Part shown: positions 32,036 to 40,663 of the stretch, in pieces
Layout of the letters: the number at the start of each line of letters is the position of its first letter
Position numbering within the stretch: the first letter of the stretch is position 1
The notes under the pieces: model-generated
What the model was told of the DNA's origin: nothing
Databases searched by the model: none
The model's input: only the letters and a program-made list of their open reading frames with translations
Position numbers and translations under genes: made by a program
Assembly (NCBI GenBank): GCA_022072405.1
Contig: JAJVHX010000022.1
Span: 22,618-86,617, forward strand
Direction of reading: 5' to 3'
From: Phycisphaerae bacterium
Lineage (GTDB): Bacteria; Planctomycetota; Phycisphaerae; UBA1845; CAIVHJ01
DNA: 64,000 nucleotides

Positions 32036-32731
32036 ATGACAGCCTATATCAAAATCGAATACATATTCACTTTTTCTGATCGGAGCAAAGTTAGCCATCT
32101 TGTCATTATTGACCCCGAATCTTTGGAATTGGTTGAAGACGAGGTGCCGACCGATGCATGGTGCCGGCTGGAAAATCATCAGTGCCCCAATTGCCCTTTA
32201 AATAATCAACATTCCTTTTGTCCAGCAGCACAAAGTGTCGCCATGATGGCGAAGTCATTTACCGGCTGTCATTCCTATGATCCGGTTCAGATCACTGTTA
32301 ATACTTCCAGCAGGACCATTTCTCGGGAAGGTACTCTTCAGGAAGGGATACAATCCCTCATGGGCCTGCGAATGGCAGCAAGTGGCTGTCCCGTCATGGA
32401 AAAACTTAAACCAATGGTCCGCTTCCATCTACCGTTTGCAGATACCAGCGAAACCATCTATCGGGCCATTTCCATGTATCTGGTCAGTCAGTTCATCCGC
32501 ATGAAAAAAGGATGGGCGGCTGATTTTGATTTGAATGATTTGCAATCCATTTACGAAGATATTCATCAGCTCAATCTGGCATTCAGCAAGCGGCTTCGAC
32601 AAGCCAGCGAAGGAGACGCCAACGTGAATGGAATATGTATACTTGATATTTTTGCCCAGCAGATTCCCTGGGGAATTGAACATGCCCTGGATGACCTGCA
32701 ACCCATTTTCAATCCCTACTTACATCCCTGA
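32036..32731 (+). CDS. Hypothetical protein (231 aa) with a CxxC plus scattered Cys/His, no recognised domain
   Basis: Intact ORF with good coding bias, 80 bp downstream of the phosphorelay operon. Confidence 0.45.
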   Translation: MTAYIKIEYIFTFSDRSKVSHLVIIDPESLELVEDEVPTDAWCRLENHQCPNCPLNNQHSFCPAAQSVAMMAKSFTGCHSYDPVQITVNTSSRTISREGTLQEGIQSLMGLRMAASGCPVMEKLKPMVRFHLPFADTSETIYRAISMYLVSQFIRMKKGWAADFDLNDLQSIYEDIHQLNLAFSKRLRQASEGDANVNGICILDIFAQQIPWGIEHALDDLQPIFNPYLHP

Positions 32732-32876
32732 AATATTACACAACTCAATATAGTAGTATTTTGAACATATTTGACGAATTCTACTTCTAACGTCATATTT
32801 CTGTAGCTGTACATCTCCCAATGTCCATGTCTGCCTGGTCGGAGCCATGGAAGTTATTCCTCTGGTAAGGATATTT

Positions 32877-33080
32877 ATGGAAGGCACAGTCAAGTGGTTC
32901 AATGATGCCAAGGGATTTGGCTTTATCAAACCGACCGATGGCGAGCAGGAGGTATTTGTCCATCACAGCGATATCGTGGCTGATGGCTTTCGCAGCCTGC
33001 AGGAAAATGATCGCGTGGAGTATGACCTGGTCAAGGGAGATAAAGGTCCCAAGGCCGTCAACGTTCGCAAGATCGGCTGA
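32877..33080 (+). CDS. Cold-shock protein (CspA family, S1-like CSD)
   Basis: MEGTVKWFNDAKGFGFI...VFVHHSDI, the RNP1/RNP2 motifs of CspA. Confidence 0.9.
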   Translation: MEGTVKWFNDAKGFGFIKPTDGEQEVFVHHSDIVADGFRSLQENDRVEYDLVKGDKGPKAVNVRKIG

Positions 33081-33159
33081 ATAATATTACGGTTGATCTC
33101 AGTGCAACTCATCTGCGTTCCGGTTGCTGATTCATAATGATTATCAGATTACTGGAATA

Positions 33160-34470
33160 TCAATACATGGCGGAGTGGAGTGGTGCGGCATGTTGTACCG
33201 GATTTGCAGAACTATCCGCCACAGCAGCATTCGATAAGTTGGGCAGGCTTAAAGTAGCCCGCGTGCCGCCTGGCGACGGACAGCACAACGTCAATTCACC
33301 CCCTAAAGTCTGGGCGATACCATAAGAGATAGATAATCCCAGGCCGGTCCCCTGGCCGGGTGGCTTGGTGGAGAAAAATGGCTCAAATACACGGCTGAGA
33401 TATTGGCGAGGTATTCCGCAGCCGTAATCGATAACATCAATATGTAACCAGTTCAATTCGTTACGAAATTCCACCGCGATCGGCCCGCGCTGTTCCGTTG
33501 CGTCGGCTGCATTGACCAGCAGGTTGACCAGTATCTGGCTGATACTGCCGGAATCGGAATGAATGGTTAAAGGAATAGGCCACGGCTGGAATTTTATTTC
33601 CAGCTGTTTCATCTTGGAGAGTGAGGTCACGAAGCGAATCGCTTGTTGTATGGCTTCGTTTACGTTGATGGGAGTAAGTACCGCGGGTTGGCGCCGGGAA
33701 AGACGCAATAAGGATTCTACAATCTGGCTGCACTGGTGTACCTGCTGACTGACTTCATTGATACACTCTAGCACTTCCGACTGATGTTGTGACAGAGATT
33801 CGGGAAGCAGGATCAGATCCTTGGCTAAGCCAACCTGGCTGGCGATCGCCGCCATGGGATTATTGATCTCATGGGCTACCCCCGCAGCCAGCTCGCCGAT
33901 GGCGGCCAGTTTTTCGCTTTGTCGAACCCGTTGCTCCAGTTGCTTTCGATGGGTCAGATCACGACCAATACAGACAATAGCCGGGGAATGTTGCCGGAAT
34001 GATTTTAATTGAAACAGCGTGACCAGGTGAATTCGCTCATGACCATTTTCCAGCCGCTGAGTGATTTCGCCGCTCCATTGTTCATTTTGTGTGATGGTGG
34101 TAATCAGTCGGTCCCGGTCATCAACCGTCAGGCCGATTCGCGTCAGATTCTCATGGCCGGATGGTGTTTCGGAAAAGCCAAAGGCCCGCTGGGCGCTATG
34201 ATTGGCGTAGAGAATATGTCCAGTTGCGGTAGAAATCACGATTGCATCGGTACTATGATCAACCACATTTCCGAGTTGTCTTTTCTCGGTTTCTTCGCGA
34301 CGATAATCCTCATCCCAGCGGATGACCGCGTAGAGCAGGAGCGCAATAATCAAGGCCACCGCCGTACCGCTTAACAGGGCCCCGAAGGGACTCAGTTGTG
34401 TCCAGGCTGCTGACTGAGCCGTCAGCAACAGAAAAACCATGATGGGTAATGTCTTCTTAATCACCCGCAT
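33160..34470 (-). CDS. Membrane PAS sensor histidine kinase
   Basis: 2 TM, PAS domain, H-box AAGVAHEINNPM, HATPase G-boxes DYGCGI, GTGLGLSI. Confidence 0.85.
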   Translation of the reverse strand: MRVIKKTLPIMVFLLLTAQSAAWTQLSPFGALLSGTAVALIIALLLYAVIRWDEDYRREETEKRQLGNVVDHSTDAIVISTATGHILYANHSAQRAFGFSETPSGHENLTRIGLTVDDRDRLITTITQNEQWSGEITQRLENGHERIHLVTLFQLKSFRQHSPAIVCIGRDLTHRKQLEQRVRQSEKLAAIGELAAGVAHEINNPMAAIASQVGLAKDLILLPESLSQHQSEVLECINEVSQQVHQCSQIVESLLRLSRRQPAVLTPINVNEAIQQAIRFVTSLSKMKQLEIKFQPWPIPLTIHSDSGSISQILVNLLVNAADATEQRGPIAVEFRNELNWLHIDVIDYGCGIPRQYLSRVFEPFFSTKPPGQGTGLGLSISYGIAQTLGGELTLCCPSPGGTRATLSLPNLSNAAVADSSANPVQHAAPLHSAMY

Positions 34471-35021
34471 AGCAGTTCAAACCACATCAAGTAAATGGCA
34501 CTCTTCTCTCATTGGAAATATACGTTACGAAGTAAGCAGTATCGAAATGCTCCCAGTGCAGCTGACTGATTACGAGACAGTTCGACAGACGTAAGTGTAT
34601 GATTATGATGCAGATGCGACATGTTAATCTAGGCAGTAGCCGATGAGTTATCGTCCTATGTCCATATTCGACAAATAATTATATCAATCGTGATCACAAT
34701 GTTCAGCTCGGTATCAAATGTGCTATAGATCAAATGAACGGAGTCGGCTGATCCCCATACCGACCGGGGTGCAGCAGTCATTGTGAATTCTTTCGTACTA
34801 TCAGCCAGGATGACCCACCTGGCTGATTCTGTTTTATGAATTGTTAAATTTCACTTATCAAGCGGTTAGCTATTGCCAGAACCTGCCGGAATTCACTAAT
34901 ATACCAGCATCTGAAATAACCCTAATGGATATAGTCACAATCAAGTGTTAACGTTTGGTTAATATGCGTTTTTAGCTTCTACGCTTGAGTTGTTGAGTTA
35001 CCAGCAGAAAGGATGAGGCAT

Positions 35022-35336
35022 ATGAGTAAAAAGGAAGTAAATATAAAAGGTCATGTCGACCTGGCTCAGGCGATAGCTTACCTGGAAGACCTGGTCATCA
35101 GCTTGAAAAGTGGCACGATCTGTGTGCAGAACTGTGAGGATTATGTTACCCTCAATCCGGCCAGTGGCTTGGAAATGGAAGTTGAAGCCAAGCATAAGGG
35201 GGAGAAGGAATCGCTCACAATCGTACTGAACTGGCAGACACAGAAGGAAGAAACTGAGAAACGCATGGAATTGCGGATCAGCTCGACCCAACCTGTGACC
35301 GCCGGTGCCACGGACGACGAAGATGAGGATGATTAG
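35022..35336 (+). CDS. Small 'amphi-Trp'-like domain protein with strongly acidic C-terminal tail (…GATDDEDEDD); first gene of the GAK-like cassette
   Basis: About 105 aa. Conserved Trp embedded in LTIVLNWQTQKEE; resembles the amphi-Trp domain as I recall it. SD aggatgagg upstream. Confidence 0.55.
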   Translation: MSKKEVNIKGHVDLAQAIAYLEDLVISLKSGTICVQNCEDYVTLNPASGLEMEVEAKHKGEKESLTIVLNWQTQKEETEKRMELRISSTQPVTAGATDDEDEDD

Positions 35337-35414
35337 GACTGTAGTCCTCATCCCATTAAATTCCCATCTCCAACTGCGGCGCACCCATATTCCTGCCCAG
35401 CTGAGTCTGATACC

Positions 35415-36722
35415 ATGTCGGCTGACAGCCGTCATGAATTAGCTGACCGCACTGGGCCGAACTCTACTTCACCCATCCGGCAGCTGGGCGGAATCGGCAG
35501 CAGCATTATTCGATCGGGGAGAGGCTATCAATTTCCTTACGGTGGTCTTGTGGCGAAGAAAACCAGCGAAAAACAACATGGTGCAACATTGCTTCCATCG
35601 ACCCTCCGCAGTGGTGCTGAAGAGATAACCGAGTGGGATCAGCAAACCTATCTGAAATTGATTTCCGTTGATCTGACTCCCGAGCAGGAAAATCGCATCA
35701 CGCATACCGACCAGATCTATCCGCGCCAGGAGGCGGTTCTGGCGGTCCACTGGCATCCGGAGTTTGTACCGCTGCAGCCGATTCGCCAGCGACTACAGAC
35801 CATGTTTCCCAGCCGCCAGACGGAACTGATTATCCCCACGCAGCATAATATTCTACAGAGCTACGACGACTTCAGCGGTGTGGAAGTAGACTGCTATTCA
35901 ACCAGTTTTAATCGCAAAGTACAGCTGCTGATTCATTTTCATCGCCCGCGCATCGATCAGGCGGATGTTTTTAAGAGCATGCTGTTGCACACTTTTCAGT
36001 ATCGTTCCCGTCAGCTCTTCGAGTTTATTGAAACGATCATTAATCCGCTGTACGAAAAGCGATTACAACGGGCTGCCGATATTACTGGCGCGGATGAGGA
36101 TCTGGTGGAATTCACCCGGCTGCACACCGTCAAATTGAAAAAACTATACCTGCGTAATGAGGGTATCACACCGGCACAAGCCATCAAGAATAAACTACTG
36201 TCGCAATATTTTGAGACGCTCATCGACCTGTTTGATGAACATCTGGTTCATCATGCCTTGTTGCTGCTGCGCTCGGTCAAGGAAATAGTAAAAGCCAATT
36301 TCAACCTGGAATATTTTTATCAAACCGAGGAAATCATCGAGGAGGTTCGGGCTTTGGGCGGCGGAATTGTCATTCCCCATCCCGAGCAATTTTGGCCGAT
36401 CCTGCTGGCTGAATACGATGTGGATGGTTACGAAGTCTGGAATCCGCAGTCGCGTGATTATACCGAATTTCTGATTCAGGTGGTCGATCGTCAGAACCGT
36501 TCACCGCTCAGCCGCAAACGCCCGCTGCTGATCTTTATGGGTGATGATTGTCACATGGGTGAAAAGGTCAAGGAACCGCGTTATCAAGATCCCGAAAAAG
36601 CGGGGCGCGAAGTGGGCGTACAACCTGCCTGGGATGATCTGGCGATTCGCAAGAGTCTGATTGTAGCCAATTGCGATCGCCGCACGGTAATTGAAGAATA
36701 TCGCCAGCGCCTGCTGGCTTGA
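35415..36722 (+). CDS. Hypothetical 435-aa protein of the cassette. Candidate 'XXXCH'-type GAK component (C-terminal MGDDCHMG)
   Basis: Long intact ORF translationally coupled to the next gene. No known catalytic motif recognised. Confidence 0.5.
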   Translation: MSADSRHELADRTGPNSTSPIRQLGGIGSSIIRSGRGYQFPYGGLVAKKTSEKQHGATLLPSTLRSGAEEITEWDQQTYLKLISVDLTPEQENRITHTDQIYPRQEAVLAVHWHPEFVPLQPIRQRLQTMFPSRQTELIIPTQHNILQSYDDFSGVEVDCYSTSFNRKVQLLIHFHRPRIDQADVFKSMLLHTFQYRSRQLFEFIETIINPLYEKRLQRAADITGADEDLVEFTRLHTVKLKKLYLRNEGITPAQAIKNKLLSQYFETLIDLFDEHLVHHALLLLRSVKEIVKANFNLEYFYQTEEIIEEVRALGGGIVIPHPEQFWPILLAEYDVDGYEVWNPQSRDYTEFLIQVVDRQNRSPLSRKRPLLIFMGDDCHMGEKVKEPRYQDPEKAGREVGVQPAWDDLAIRKSLIVANCDRRTVIEEYRQRLLA

Positions 36723-36736
36723 GGAAGGATGGCATC

Positions 36737-37027
36737 ATGGGCCCAGCCGCTCGCGAATTTCAGCACGATTCCTTTCAGGACCGGGAAACCATCGTGCACT
36801 ATTTATCCGCGCTGGGCGAAGCGTTTCGACAGGGACAACTGGTCCTCTCCTCGCAGGGTGAGGATTTCCTGATCGATGCTCCGGGGCTGATGCGCTTTAC
36901 CGTTCGGGCCCGGCAGCGGGGGGATCGGGCGCAGATGGTACTGAAATTCAGCTGGAAGAACCGTATTAAAAATGACGATTTTCGCGTCGGGCCGATCTCT
37001 CCGCGGCGCGAGGATGAATCGCGCTAA
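36737..37027 (+). CDS. Second small 'amphi-Trp'-like domain protein. ATG at 36737 preferred over the TTG at 36719
   Basis: Shares the pattern seen in the first small protein (…LKFSWKNRIKND). Strong SD gaggaagga before ATG 36737. Confidence 0.5.
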   Translation: MGPAAREFQHDSFQDRETIVHYLSALGEAFRQGQLVLSSQGEDFLIDAPGLMRFTVRARQRGDRAQMVLKFSWKNRIKNDDFRVGPISPRREDESR

Positions 37028-37030
37028 CCC

Positions 37031-38665
37031 ATGTTCAAACTGGACGGCATAGAGAAAAATTTTAAATTCATGACCTGGGAGGTCACCAAGCAGGTGGAGT
37101 TGACCTATCGGATCATGGATCAGCCGTCGCGCGGCCTGATTCGCAAAATTCTCTCCAGCGACAACTATATCGATACGATGAAAAGCCTGATCGAAAAGAA
37201 GTGCCTTTCCTATTACCGCAATCATCCCACCATAGATAAACAGACCGCGGATACCATCCGGGCGGTGACCGTCGTCGCAACCAACCTGGAAAAAATTGCC
37301 GATTATTGCTCCAACATCGCCAATAGCATGCAGAAAATGGATGATTCCGCCTTCATGGCGCGATTTGAATATCAGCCCTATTTTGAGCAGATTCTGCGGG
37401 CTTTGGAGGTGGTGCCGCCTGCTTTCGATGAACGTGATTCTGCGAAGGCCATCAAGATCTGCCAGTACGAGACACATCTCAACAAGTTGTATGAAGCGGA
37501 CTACGAACGAGTCCGCCTGGCCATGCGCCTGGGGCGCGACACGGATAATCTGCTTATCGCCTTGCGGATCCTGCATTATCTGGAGCGCATGGGCGATGCG
37601 CTGCTCAATATCGGCGAAGCCATTCTCTTTGCCCTGTCCGGCGAAAAAATGAAGTATCATCAATATGTCTCGCTGGATGAGGCGATGCATACCGCCAATC
37701 CGCAGACGGAAAATTATTCCGTTGATTTTAAATGGGAGACCCGATCGGGAGCACGGATAGGCAAAGTGGCTGATCATTCTGCCGAGAGCAACGGCGGCGA
37801 AGCGATTTATAAGGAGGGGGCCGCCGACAAACTCCGCCGTGAACGCGACAGCATCCAGCAGTGGAATACGTTCTGGCCTGGCCTGCCGCCGAAGGTGCTG
37901 GAATATCGCGAGGGCAACGGAGATGCTTCATTGCTGCTGGAGTTTCTGGATGGCTTCACTTTCCAGGAAATGATCCTGAATGCTGATCCCGACATGCTGC
38001 TCAGTGCACAGAATTGCATTCATCAGGTGCTGCAGAAAATATGGACCACTACGCTCGAAAATCAATCCATCAGCACCAATTATATTGGCCAATTGCAGGA
38101 GCGGATCGACGATGTATTTCGCGTCCATCCCAATTATCGCCGCACCCGCCAGCGGCTCGGCCGGCTGGAGATCGAGTCCTTTGAGGAATTGCTGATCCGG
38201 GCTGGTGAATTGGAGACTCAGCTGCCGGCGCCGTTTTCAGTATTTATCCACGGGGATTTTAATATCGACAACATCATCTATAACCCCCGCCACGAGCGCG
38301 TCCATTTTATTGATCTTTATCGCTCCAAACGCTGGGATTACGTGCAGGATGTATCGGTTTTTTTAATTTCCAATTACCGCATCCCGATTTTCGAGCCGCG
38401 CCTGCGTCAGCGTTTGAATGTCATCATGCAGACTTTTCTGGAATTCACCCGTTCAGTAGCCCGGCAGCTGCCGGACCATACCTTTGATGCCCGGCTGGCC
38501 TTGGGCCTGATCCGATCGCTGGTCACTTCGACGCGGTTTGAACTGGACAGCTGGTTCTCGGGCCAGATGTATCATCGGGCGATTTACCTGCTGCATAAGC
38601 TGATAGACCATCATGACCGACCCTGGTCGGAATTCAGGATTGTGGACGACGTGCTGATTTTTTAG
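37031..38665 (+). CDS. Fusion protein: N-terminal PhoU-like domain (two PhoU repeats) plus C-terminal aminoglycoside-phosphotransferase/protein-kinase-like fold
   Basis: PhoU repeat signatures NYIDTMKSLIEKKC…TNLEKIADYCSNIAN and LRILHYLERMGDALLNIGEAI. Kinase-like Brenner motif FIHGDFNIDNIIYNP and downstream FIDLYRS…D. Confidence 0.6.
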   Translation: MFKLDGIEKNFKFMTWEVTKQVELTYRIMDQPSRGLIRKILSSDNYIDTMKSLIEKKCLSYYRNHPTIDKQTADTIRAVTVVATNLEKIADYCSNIANSMQKMDDSAFMARFEYQPYFEQILRALEVVPPAFDERDSAKAIKICQYETHLNKLYEADYERVRLAMRLGRDTDNLLIALRILHYLERMGDALLNIGEAILFALSGEKMKYHQYVSLDEAMHTANPQTENYSVDFKWETRSGARIGKVADHSAESNGGEAIYKEGAADKLRRERDSIQQWNTFWPGLPPKVLEYREGNGDASLLLEFLDGFTFQEMILNADPDMLLSAQNCIHQVLQKIWTTTLENQSISTNYIGQLQERIDDVFRVHPNYRRTRQRLGRLEIESFEELLIRAGELETQLPAPFSVFIHGDFNIDNIIYNPRHERVHFIDLYRSKRWDYVQDVSVFLISNYRIPIFEPRLRQRLNVIMQTFLEFTRSVARQLPDHTFDARLALGLIRSLVTSTRFELDSWFSGQMYHRAIYLLHKLIDHHDRPWSEFRIVDDVLIF

Positions 38666-38691
38666 CGAACACTAACCTCAAGGAGCGACCC

Positions 38692-39564
38692 GTGCGAATC
38701 GGCGTGATTGGTATCAAGGATGGATGGTCTTCGCATCAACTGGCCGATGCCCTGGCCAAGAAAACCGGATTCCACTGCCTGATTAATATGGATGAAGTGG
38801 TCCTGGATCTGGAAAGCGGTCATGCCTATTACCGCGATCTGGATTTGGCCACACTCGATGCCCTGGCGATCAAGAAGATCGGCGCTCCTTATTCTTCCGA
38901 TCTGCTGGATCGACTGGCAATTCTGCAGTTTGTGCAGCGGGCGGGGGTGCGGATGTATTCCGATCCGGGGCGGATCGAGCGTCTGCTCAATCGTCTCAAT
39001 TGCACTTTGTCGATGCGTCAGGCGAATATTCCTCTGCCACCCACGACCATCACGGAGAATATCGCGCAGGCTGAGCAGGTCGTGCGTCGCTATGGTCGAG
39101 CGGTACTGAAGCCGCTCTATACCACCAAAGCTCGTGGTATGACGATGTTGACCGTTGAGGATAATATTCGTCCGGCACTGGAACAGTTTCGGGATGCCGG
39201 CAACACCGTCCTTTACATTCAGAAAATGATGAATCTGCCTGGCCGGGATATGGGGTTGGCTTTTCTGGGTGGTGAATACCTCGGCTGTTATGCACGCGTG
39301 CGCAGCAAAGGCTCCTGGAACACGACAACTCACTCCGGAGGAACGTATGAAGCATTCGATCCGCAACCGGCCATTATCGAACTGGCTCTGCGCGCTCAGG
39401 AACCGTTCGGATTGGATTTCACCTGTGTTGATATCGCTGAAACGGATCAGGGGCCGGTAGTATTCGAAGTTTCAGCCTTTGGCGGATTTCGTGGTTTGCA
39501 TGAAGCTTGTGGCCTGAATGCGGCCGAGTTGTTTGCTGATTATGTGATCGCGCAGGCCAGTTAA
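38692..39564 (+). CDS. ATP-grasp ligase (RimK/CofF/MptN-like alpha-L-glutamate-ligase family)
   Basis: RimK-like N-domain and ATP-grasp core (RYGRAVLKPLYTTKARGMTML…TCVDIAETDQGPVVFEVSAFGGFRG). Confidence 0.75.
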   Translation: MRIGVIGIKDGWSSHQLADALAKKTGFHCLINMDEVVLDLESGHAYYRDLDLATLDALAIKKIGAPYSSDLLDRLAILQFVQRAGVRMYSDPGRIERLLNRLNCTLSMRQANIPLPPTTITENIAQAEQVVRRYGRAVLKPLYTTKARGMTMLTVEDNIRPALEQFRDAGNTVLYIQKMMNLPGRDMGLAFLGGEYLGCYARVRSKGSWNTTTHSGGTYEAFDPQPAIIELALRAQEPFGLDFTCVDIAETDQGPVVFEVSAFGGFRGLHEACGLNAAELFADYVIAQAS

Positions 39565-39574
39565 GGGGCAGTGC

Positions 39575-40663
39575 ATGACCCACATTGATACGCTCATTGA
39601 TCGATTGCTGCAGGAACAGCCGGTGACGGAGGCGATCAATCTCTCGTTCGCCAACTGCACGATCCGGGTGCAATCTGATTCTTCAACTTTAATCACGCAG
39701 TTGAGACGATACTATGAACCGTTCGTGACCTCCGTTGATCACCCGGAAATAATTATTACCGCATTAGAGCGGCCGGAGGTGGATTTGAAGCTGACTTACC
39801 AGCCTAAAGCACCGGAACCCAATAAGCCTAAAATCAAGGAAGAATACGTAGATCTGCCCGGTGGACGTGTGGTTCGTAAACGGCTGACCGGGATGCATTT
39901 TATTTTTGGCGGCGGGCGGCACCTGACGATAGGCCCCTGCGTCGCGAATGACAATCAGGTTATCAATTTCATCAACAACCGTTTCATGGCCTGGAAACTG
40001 CGACAGGGATGTCTGCTCTATCATGCGGCCGCAGTGGCCACGCATGGCCGGGGGGTGGCTTTGTCGGGTTTTTCCGGCATGGGTAAATCAACATTAGCAT
40101 TGAAGATTATGAGTCTGGGGGCTGATTTTGTCAGCAATGACCGGCTGATGGTGCAGGGAACGGGGCCGACACGTACTATGTTTGGTGTTCCCAAACTGCC
40201 GCGCATCAATCCGGGAACTATTCTCAACAATCCGAATCTGTTGCAACTGCTGACGCCGGAAGAACAGCAGCGCTTTTCCGCACTCAGCCGAGATGAATTA
40301 TGGAAGCTGGAACACAAATATGATGCCTATATCTCGCAGTGTTTCGGTCCGGGACGTTTTCATTTGCAGGCGGAGATGCAGGGGCTGATTGTGCTCAACT
40401 GGCAACGAAGTTCACAGCCCTTGCAGATCCGACGCGTTGATCTGGACCGGCGGCAGGATTTGATGCCGGCTTTTATGAAAAGTGTCGGCTTGTTTTTCGG
40501 GGCTGACCCGGAAGAATTCACTCTGGAGGCACCCGCCGAGCATTACCTGGCGCAACTGGTGAAGCTGCCGGTCATTGAATTGACTGGTGGCGTGGATTTC
40601 GGCCAGGCAGCGGAATGGGTCTGGCGGACGATGCAATCTGGAAACTGGTCAGCGCTAACATGA
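39575..40663 (+). CDS. HPr-kinase-related P-loop kinase (HprK C-terminal-domain-like)
   Basis: LHAAAVATHGRGVALSGFSGMGKSTLALKIMSLGADFVSNDRLMV parallels the HprK motif HGV…GVLI.G.SG.GKSE.AL.L…G..LV.DD. Confidence 0.75.
   Translation: MTHIDTLIDRLLQEQPVTEAINLSFANCTIRVQSDSSTLITQLRRYYEPFVTSVDHPEIIITALERPEVDLKLTYQPKAPEPNKPKIKEEYVDLPGGRVVRKRLTGMHFIFGGGRHLTIGPCVANDNQVINFINNRFMAWKLRQGCLLYHAAAVATHGRGVALSGFSGMGKSTLALKIMSLGADFVSNDRLMVQGTGPTRTMFGVPKLPRINPGTILNNPNLLQLLTPEEQQRFSALSRDELWKLEHKYDAYISQCFGPGRFHLQAEMQGLIVLNWQRSSQPLQIRRVDLDRRQDLMPAFMKSVGLFFGADPEEFTLEAPAEHYLAQLVKLPVIELTGGVDFGQAAEWVWRTMQSGNWSALT

Noticed and set aside
36803-39366. Antisense ORFs 36803..37777 (324 aa) and 38662..39366 (234 aa) inside the cassette
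   Set aside because: No recognisable domains. The opposite strand carries PhoU/kinase-like and ATP-grasp motifs, so these are shadow ORFs
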